Source: Methyloglobulus sp. (lineage in GTDB: Bacteria > Pseudomonadota > Gammaproteobacteria > Methylococcales > Methylomonadaceae). From it: DNA of 42,769 nt. The position numbers were made by a program, and so were the translations under genes. Location: NCBI GenBank assembly GCA_043771735.1, contig JAYVGW010000041.1:1-42769 (forward strand), read 5' to 3'. Under the pieces are notes generated by a model that saw only the letters and a program-made list of their open reading frames with translations, ran no database searches and had not been told where the DNA came from. Below, in pieces: positions 36,662 through 42,769 of this stretch; the first letter of the stretch is position 1, and each line of letters opens with the position of its first letter.

Positions 36662-37707
36662 ATCACCCATTCCTCCGGCAGTTTTTCGCCTACCAATGGT
36701 TTAACTTGAATTGTATGTTCAGAGCCATCTTGTTGCTTGATGGTTATGGCAACCTGCTCGGCATCCCGGCCTTGGCCATAACGTGCGGTAATACTGGCTG
36801 CCAGATACAAATCTTCTGCAGAAGGCGAGCCGTCGAGTAACACAAACGGCCCCATATGGCTGCTGCTTACCATACTGATGAAATCACGTTGATAGCCTTC
36901 CATAAAGCGGCCTTCGCTTTGCTCGCGGGCAATAATCAGTTTGAAATGCGGTTTGGGACGAATATGACGGCCTACTTTCAATAGCATGACATCATCCAGC
37001 TCATAATCCTTGCTGTCCCGCGCTTTCCAAAGATCGACCAGTTTTGCCGAATAACTTTTATCGGTGAGGAAACAGCAGCCGCCAGCAGGCTGGGCGTAAT
37101 CGTCAATGCCAAACTTTTCCGCCATAGAGATCTGTGGCTTGCGTGAGCGTCCGATAATGTCGTGCAACTTTTCCCTGTCTACCCAGCCTTCGCGTTCGGG
37201 CAATGTCGGCGATAGATTTTTAGCGCACAATGGCCTTAGCAATAAATCATCAGCGCCCGATTGCTCGGCAATAATCGGCATAGTCCACTTACGTTGCGAC
37301 ATCGGCCTTTGTCCGATGACTTCGCCGGTAATGATGAAATCGAAATTATTTTCTATGAGCCATTGCTTGGCTTTATTGACCATAAAGATTTTGCAATCCA
37401 GGCACGGGTTCATGTTTGCGCCATAGCCGTGCTTGGGGTTGATTAGCACGTTTTTGTATTCTTCAATGACATCGACGATATGCAGCTTGATGCCTAACTG
37501 CTCGGCAACCCACAGGGAATTGTTGCGTTTGGGTTTGGGTTTGGCTTTATCTTTAGAACGAATGGCGTGGGTATGGCCTTCCACGCAAAATCCGGTGAAA
37601 AAATTGATGCCTTCGACATGGATGCCCTGCTCCATCACGGTCTTCGCCGCCAGCATGGAATCAAGGCCGCCGGAGATAAGGGCGATGGCTTTGCGTTGTT
37701 GTTTCAT
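36658..37707 (-). CDS. PP-loop putative tRNA thiotransferase (ThiI/MnmA-like)
   Basis: ISGGLDS, NPCLDCK, TGEVIGQRPMSQ, PAGGCC, KVGRH. Confidence 0.8.
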   Translation of the reverse strand: MKQQRKAIALISGGLDSMLAAKTVMEQGIHVEGINFFTGFCVEGHTHAIRSKDKAKPKPKRNNSLWVAEQLGIKLHIVDVIEEYKNVLINPKHGYGANMNPCLDCKIFMVNKAKQWLIENNFDFIITGEVIGQRPMSQRKWTMPIIAEQSGADDLLLRPLCAKNLSPTLPEREGWVDREKLHDIIGRSRKPQISMAEKFGIDDYAQPAGGCCFLTDKSYSAKLVDLWKARDSKDYELDDVMLLKVGRHIRPKPHFKLIIAREQSEGRFMEGYQRDFISMVSSSHMGPFVLLDGSPSAEDLYLAASITARYGQGRDAEQVAITIKQQDGSEHTIQVKPLVGEKLPEEWVI

Positions 37708-37724
37708 TAATAAATTTCTATTTC

Positions 37725-37780
37725 GTAGGGTGCGTTGTACGCACCTTTCAACGGTAAATGGTGCGTAAAACGCACCCTAC
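37725..37780. repeat. inverted GTAG REP doublet (REPIN-like)
   Basis: GTAGGGTGCGTTGTACGCACC ... GGTGCGTAAAACGCACCCTAC. Confidence 0.88.
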
Positions 37781-37799
37781 ACGACTCTGATATTGTTTG

Positions 37800-38960
37800 T
37801 TAGCTTTGGTTGTGATGTACGATAAATTTTGCACGTTCATAAAGTTCATCAAAGGTTATTATTTCGGGGTTTACTGTATTCTTCCTCAGCAACTCAAATG
37901 ATCTTAACTTATCCTTGTTGACCCCATTTTCTGTTGTAAACTCAGCCATACTACCTATTACAAGATATGACTTTGGTTGGTAATTAAATACTTCTTCCCC
38001 AGTTGGATTGCCATACTTATCGTCTAGGTTAATTTTACTAGATAAGCTGTCAATGGCTGATGCAACCGTACCTTGAACTTGCGAAATTGCTCCGGCCAAC
38101 TCCTTTGAAGGCGCCCAGCAACCTGACCTATAAGGCTTTGAATCAAGTAACTCTGTTGAATGCGTTTTTATTTCGACAAAACAAAGATTAGAAATAATCC
38201 CTTTTGTCTTCATTAATGCATCTACGCGCTTGCCGTTGGAGCTAATGCTATATCCTTGCACAACCTGTTCTAGCTTTTTATCGTCAAGAGCTGATAGAAA
38301 TATATAACCAAGACCATAACCAAAGATCCAATGATTCTTCTCAAAATATCTTTGCCATAATCCTTCGTTAGTACATTTCTTTCTATCTTTTAACTTTTCG
38401 AAATAACTTTGGTCATTTAGCAGGCTTTCAAAAACCTCAATTTGCTTTTTTCGGTAGCCTACTGCAACTAAATCTTCAGTTGTTACTTCTGACCTCAAAA
38501 CCTCGGCAAATAGTGCTTGGTTATCTTCGAATAAATGTTTAGCCTGGTGCGTCGTAAGTGCAATTTTCCGTAACTCTTCGTCCGAAATATTAATAGCGCC
38601 GTTACTCTTAAAATTAACCGATTGGATATTGGCTAAAAATTCACAGAATTTGCCAATTTCTTCGTCAACAAAAGAAAAACCTGTTCCATAAGGCATTCCA
38701 GATTCCGTTATGAACTTTTGCACTGTAAGAACGAAAACTTGACGCGTATCTTCCAAAAACTTGGCTGTAATGTAAGTTGCGGCATCGGGCTTCCTTCTAA
38801 GGAAAACCTCATCGCGCTCCTTTACATATTCATAGCCGTCAACAGATGGAAGAATTTTTGAAGCAATACGTACTTTTCTTTCTTTGTCTCCAAAAGATGG
38901 AAGTGACGGACTTATATATGTTTTTCCAGGCTTAGGATTTTGATAATTGTCCACTATCAT
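37800..38960 (-). CDS. Shedu anti-phage nuclease SduA (DUF4263)
   Basis: NEGLWQRYFEKNHWIFG, RVDALM, FVEIKT, YRSGCWAPSKELAGAISQ, IITFDEL; visibly AT-richer than the flanks; start at 38960 or 38981. Confidence 0.88.
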   Translation of the reverse strand: MIVDNYQNPKPGKTYISPSLPSFGDKERKVRIASKILPSVDGYEYVKERDEVFLRRKPDAATYITAKFLEDTRQVFVLTVQKFITESGMPYGTGFSFVDEEIGKFCEFLANIQSVNFKSNGAINISDEELRKIALTTHQAKHLFEDNQALFAEVLRSEVTTEDLVAVGYRKKQIEVFESLLNDQSYFEKLKDRKKCTNEGLWQRYFEKNHWIFGYGLGYIFLSALDDKKLEQVVQGYSISSNGKRVDALMKTKGIISNLCFVEIKTHSTELLDSKPYRSGCWAPSKELAGAISQVQGTVASAIDSLSSKINLDDKYGNPTGEEVFNYQPKSYLVIGSMAEFTTENGVNKDKLRSFELLRKNTVNPEIITFDELYERAKFIVHHNQS

Positions 38961-38981
38961 CGTCTCAGTATTAAAAGCCAA

Positions 38982-40076
38982 TTATGAATTATCAAATTGT
39001 TCGGCAAGCTGTGCTAATTGCCTGAGCGACTGCTCAAATTGCCCAGCTTGCTCTGCCCGCACCGTCACATGCGCCACCTTCCGTCCCTTACGCGGGCTTT
39101 TTCCATAAAGATGCAGATGCGCGTTATCAATCGCCAATACATCTTTAGTTTCGGGCAAACCGCCAATAAAATTCACCATTGCCGCCTTACCTACTGCCGC
39201 CGTCGAACCCAAGGGCAAATCCAATATCGCCCGCAGGTGGTTTTCAAACTGGCTGGTTTCCGCGCCTTCTATCGTCCAGTGACCGGAATTATGCACACGC
39301 GGGGCGAATTCGTTGGCAATTAATTGGCCTTCGACCTCAAACAGTTCCAATGCCAGTACGCCCACATAATCCAACGCGTTGAGCAAACGTGCTATGTAAT
39401 CCTCAGCCTGTACTTGCATGGGATCATTGGCGCGGCTTTCGGCAATCCGCAAGATGCCGCCTTTGTGCAGGTTTTCAGACAAGGGGTAAAAGACGACCGC
39501 ACCCGACACGCTACGGGCTGCAATGATTGACACTTCGCGGATAAACGGCACGAACGCCTCGACGATAGCTGGAAGACCTTGCACCAAATCCCATGCCGGT
39601 TGTAAGTCTGCTGCTGATTTGAGTACGGACTGCCCCTTGCCGTCATAGCCTTGGGTGCGGGTCTTTAATATTGCTGGATAACCCAGCGTTGTCATGGCTT
39701 TTTCCAAATCATCAAAGCAATCGACCACGGCAAATTTTGCCGTCGGTATGCCGAGCCCCTGAAAAAAATTTTTCTCCACCCAACGGTCCTGAGCCACTTC
39801 CAAGGCTTTGGCAGGCGGGTAAACTTTCGTATGGTCTGCCAAAAAGTTGGCTACTTGCGCTGGCACATTCTCAAATTCATACGTCACCACATCGGCGCGT
39901 TCGGCCAATTCTGCGAGCAATACCGGATCGCTATAGTCGCCATGCAGATGCTCGCCCAATCTGTTGGCACAGGAATCAATAGCAGGATCGAGAAAAATAA
40001 ATTCCAAACCCAACGGAAACCCCGCCAATGCAATCATCCGCGCAAGTTGCCCTGCGCCTAATATGCCAATTTTCAT
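38982..40076 (-). CDS. purK: N5-CAIR synthetase
   Basis: [37 protein letters not shown]. Confidence 0.97.
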   Translation of the reverse strand: MKIGILGAGQLARMIALAGFPLGLEFIFLDPAIDSCANRLGEHLHGDYSDPVLLAELAERADVVTYEFENVPAQVANFLADHTKVYPPAKALEVAQDRWVEKNFFQGLGIPTAKFAVVDCFDDLEKAMTTLGYPAILKTRTQGYDGKGQSVLKSAADLQPAWDLVQGLPAIVEAFVPFIREVSIIAARSVSGAVVFYPLSENLHKGGILRIAESRANDPMQVQAEDYIARLLNALDYVGVLALELFEVEGQLIANEFAPRVHNSGHWTIEGAETSQFENHLRAILDLPLGSTAAVGKAAMVNFIGGLPETKDVLAIDNAHLHLYGKSPRKGRKVAHVTVRAEQAGQFEQSLRQLAQLAEQFDNS

Positions 40077-40570
40077 AAAGCCGCCACTCTTGGATCAGCG
40101 TTTTCTAACACAGAACTGGTTTGTTCTTGGCGGTATTGCTGCAAGGCAGCACGGTATTTTTCATGTTTGTTGCCGATGATTGCAGCCGCCAGTAATGCCG
40201 CATTGACCGCACCTGCCCTGCCGATTGCAAGCGTACCTACCGGAATTCCGGCAGGCATCTGGGCAATGGAAAGCAAGGAGTCCATGCCGTTTAACGCTTT
40301 TGATTGTATCGGCACACCCAATACCGGGATTAGCGTTTTTGCCGCCGTCATACCCGGCAAATGCGCGGCGCCGCCTGCCCCTGCAATGATGACTTCCAGA
40401 CCTTTAGATTCGGCAGCTTCGGCATACACGAATAATTTATCCGGGGTGCGGTGTGCGGAGACGATCTCGATTTCATGCGGAATACCCAGTCTTTCCAAGG
40501 TTTCCGCCGCAAAGCGCATGGTCTCCCAATCTGACGACGAACCCATGATAACGCCAACCAATGCTGTCAT
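40073..40570 (-). CDS. purE: N5-CAIR mutase
   Basis: [25 protein letters not shown]. Confidence 0.98.
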   Translation of the reverse strand: MTALVGVIMGSSSDWETMRFAAETLERLGIPHEIEIVSAHRTPDKLFVYAEAAESKGLEVIIAGAGGAAHLPGMTAAKTLIPVLGVPIQSKALNGMDSLLSIAQMPAGIPVGTLAIGRAGAVNAALLAAAIIGNKHEKYRAALQQYRQEQTSSVLENADPRVAAL

Positions 40571-40820
40571 TTATTGCTCCTGGCAGTGAACGGTCTAAGA
40601 AATAAGCGGGATATTATCGCATAATTATTGGCTAAAGTTGTCCAACTTAAGCTCGGCCAACAGGCGGTAAAGCTGCCATCAAATGGTTTTTTCATTGAAT
40701 TTATTGAAGGTTTGGCGGATTTTTAGTGTTTGAACTGGGTAAACCTGCCTGTTACAATCGGGCTGACGGGCATAATCCCGCCTCGCGATTTTTGTTAACT
40801 AACTGAATAGGGAAAAAACC

Positions 40821-41537
40821 ATGGGTCTTTTTGATAGTTTAGTACAAACCGCCCTGCAAAGCGCCTTGGGCGGCAATGCAGAAAGTCAGACACAGAATTT
40901 GGTCAAAGGTGTGGTCGGCATGTTAACCAGCAATGCGGGTGGCATATCCGGCCTGGTCGATAAATTTAAACAATCGGGCCTGGGCGATGTCGCCGCCTCA
41001 TGGGTTGGCACGGGTGAAAACAAACCGGTTAGCCCACAGCAACTGGAAGAAGCGCTGGGGGCAGATAAAGTGGCCGAACTTGCCAAAGAAGCCGGCATTC
41101 CTGCGGACAAAGGCGCGGAAGTGCTTTCACAAGTATTGCCGAGCGTCGTCGATAAAATGACACCAGACGGCGAAGTGCCAGAGGAACACAAATTAGGCAC
41201 GCTTTCTAAAATCATATTAGGCGGCCTTGGCGTTGCTGGGGCGACCCTGGCGGCAAAAGCTGTCGCTTCAAAGTTTGGGAACAAAGATGAAGCAGACGAG
41301 GCAGTCGAAACCGACGAATCCGCTGGCAACGTTGCACCAGAAGCAGCACCTAGCTCCGCACCCGCATCAGGAGCGCAAGCTAGAACCTATACCGTGGTAT
41401 CTGGCGACACTTTATCAAAAATCGCCAAGCAGTATTACGGCAATGCCAATGACTGGCCTAAGATTTTCGATGCCAACAAGGATAAATTGAGCAATCCTGA
41501 TAAGATTAATATTGGGCAAGTTTTGCGGATTCCTTAG
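40821..41537 (+). CDS. YidB (DUF937)-LysM fusion protein
   Basis: [17 protein letters not shown]...[12 protein letters not shown] (YidB); [18 protein letters not shown]...IFDAN...GQVLRIP (LysM). Confidence 0.88.
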   Translation: MGLFDSLVQTALQSALGGNAESQTQNLVKGVVGMLTSNAGGISGLVDKFKQSGLGDVAASWVGTGENKPVSPQQLEEALGADKVAELAKEAGIPADKGAEVLSQVLPSVVDKMTPDGEVPEEHKLGTLSKIILGGLGVAGATLAAKAVASKFGNKDEADEAVETDESAGNVAPEAAPSSAPASGAQARTYTVVSGDTLSKIAKQYYGNANDWPKIFDANKDKLSNPDKINIGQVLRIP

Positions 41538-41607
41538 GGGCCAAGATAGATTTTTGCCCTCGGCAGTCAGCTACAAGTTACGACATCTTGGCATGGATTG
41601 CATTCAA

Positions 41608-41633
41608 AGAGACGCAAGATTTTGCGTCTCTAC
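41608..41633. repeat. single REP-like palindrome
   Basis: agagacgcaa-gatt-ttgcgtctct followed by ac (GTAG on the minus strand). Confidence 0.7.
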
Positions 41634-41693
41634 ATGAGCCATCCCGCCAACCTGAATTAAATTGCCTTTTGGGCTAAGGGTTTTCCATATTAT

Positions 41694-41824
41694 GGGAATC
41701 TCTAATAATTCAAAAATCTCCTTCTCCCTTCGGGAGAAGGTTGGGATGAGGGGATTAAAATCAATCAGTTATATCCCTCACCCTAACCCTCTCCCAATGG
41801 GAGAGGGTATTATTAGAGATTCCC
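41694..41824. mobile_element. MITE-like element, copy 2, 131 bp
   Basis: 16-bp perfect TIR gggaatctctaataat / attattagagattccc; internal hairpins; IHF-like aatcaatcagtta. Confidence 0.9.
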
Positions 41825-41859
41825 TTATGGCGAGCTTCATTTCCAATTCCAGCCTTCCA

Positions 41860-42684
41860 ATGAATGCCTTTGGTAAGCAAAAAATCTTCATCTACACTGC
41901 CTTAGCCTGTGAAGCAAAGCCAATAATTGACTATTTTCAACTGAAAAAAGACATAACTATTCAATGCGTTACCGTATATGGTAACAATAACATTTGCCTG
42001 ACCGTCACCGGAGTCGGCAAAACTGCCATGGCAGCCGGAATCGCCTATACACTAGCCTTGTTCTCATCTGCCCCAAACCCGATTTTACTAAACATAGGTA
42101 TTGCCGGGCATAAGGAACATCCCATTGGCAGCGTGTTTTTGATCGACAAAATTACTGATGCCGATAGTGGCCGACGTTATTATCCGCCTTTGGTTTTTAC
42201 ACCGCCCTGCCCTACCCATAGCTTGCAAACAGCCGCAAAACCGCAGCTTACCTACCATCCATTACACCTTTGCGATATGGAAGCCTCGGCCTTTTATGAG
42301 ACAGCGGCACGCTTTTCTTCGGGTGAGTTGATCCAGTGCCTGAAAATTGTGTCGGACAACGAATTATTTCCTGCCCAGGACATCCAATCCAAACAAGTCT
42401 CGGCACTTATAAGCGAACAGCTTCCGACAATTACAGCCATTTTGAAAGAATTAACCAAGCTGGCCGTTCTATTACAGCCACGAGAATTGATTGAATTCAA
42501 CCAACTACTAAACCAATATCACTTTACCGTTAACGAACAAATCCAATTAAAAAAACTGCTGTCCCGCTGGCGTTTGGTAAAAGGCGAAAACAGGATTGAA
42601 TTTGCAGATGACTTAACTAAAAGTGGCAAGGAATTCTTGCAGTTGTTAAACCAACAAATGAATGAAGCGAAATTTTATTTGTAA
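41860..42684 (+). CDS. nucleoside phosphorylase/MTA-SAH nucleosidase-like protein (PNP_UDP_1 fold)
   Basis: ALACEA, TGVGK, LNIGIAG, DMEAS, KIVSD; the upstream ORF extension is only MITE sequence. Confidence 0.75.
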   Translation: MNAFGKQKIFIYTALACEAKPIIDYFQLKKDITIQCVTVYGNNNICLTVTGVGKTAMAAGIAYTLALFSSAPNPILLNIGIAGHKEHPIGSVFLIDKITDADSGRRYYPPLVFTPPCPTHSLQTAAKPQLTYHPLHLCDMEASAFYETAARFSSGELIQCLKIVSDNELFPAQDIQSKQVSALISEQLPTITAILKELTKLAVLLQPRELIEFNQLLNQYHFTVNEQIQLKKLLSRWRLVKGENRIEFADDLTKSGKEFLQLLNQQMNEAKFYL

Positions 42685-42769
42685 CAAACCATTAACGTAT
42701 GCCCTCAATGGAGTTCAATAAAATGGAGGAATATCAATATACTGGAAGCTATATGACCCAACCAGCCGC

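Noticed and set aside
41589-41605. TGGCAT...TTGCA as a sigma54 promoter
   Set aside because: GG to GC spacing is 8 nt rather than the required 10
41662-41859. N-terminal extension of the last ORF
   Set aside because: It is translation through the MITE; the protein motifs start after 41860
42700-42769. Possible ORF start at the window end
   Set aside because: Too short to support any call

Overview
Chromosomal window of a gammaproteobacterium. Gene set, gene order and repeat types suggest Methylococcales (Methylobacter-like); this is inference. Housekeeping blocks are carB'-carA, tldD-bamC-like-nit-yhdP-rng-maf-rlmH, recJ-LysR, hemYXDC-sua5-argJ, tusA with a PP-loop thiotransferase, and purK-purE. 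They flank a ~14 kb accessory region (15.5-29.5 kb) with three notable parts. (i) A locus under two perfect CRP-type boxes in class III geometry: a small lectin-like gene, then two tandem secreted proteins built from a catalytically degenerate purple-acid-phosphatase domain, a swappable middle module and a right-handed beta-helix. One copy is broken by an apparent 31-bp microhomology deletion. (ii) A DUF2490 barrel, a QxWxxFAP partner and a frameshifted HTTM (gamma-carboxylase-like) gene. (iii) Two tandem small secreted helical paralogs, each with a perfect FNR box about 205-215 bp upstream, next to the heme operon. A solitary Shedu (DUF4263) defence gene sits directly behind purK. Several MITE/REP-like repeats are present, including a 45-bp element nested in a MITE with a TC duplication. 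No rRNA, tRNA, CRISPR array or transposase was seen.
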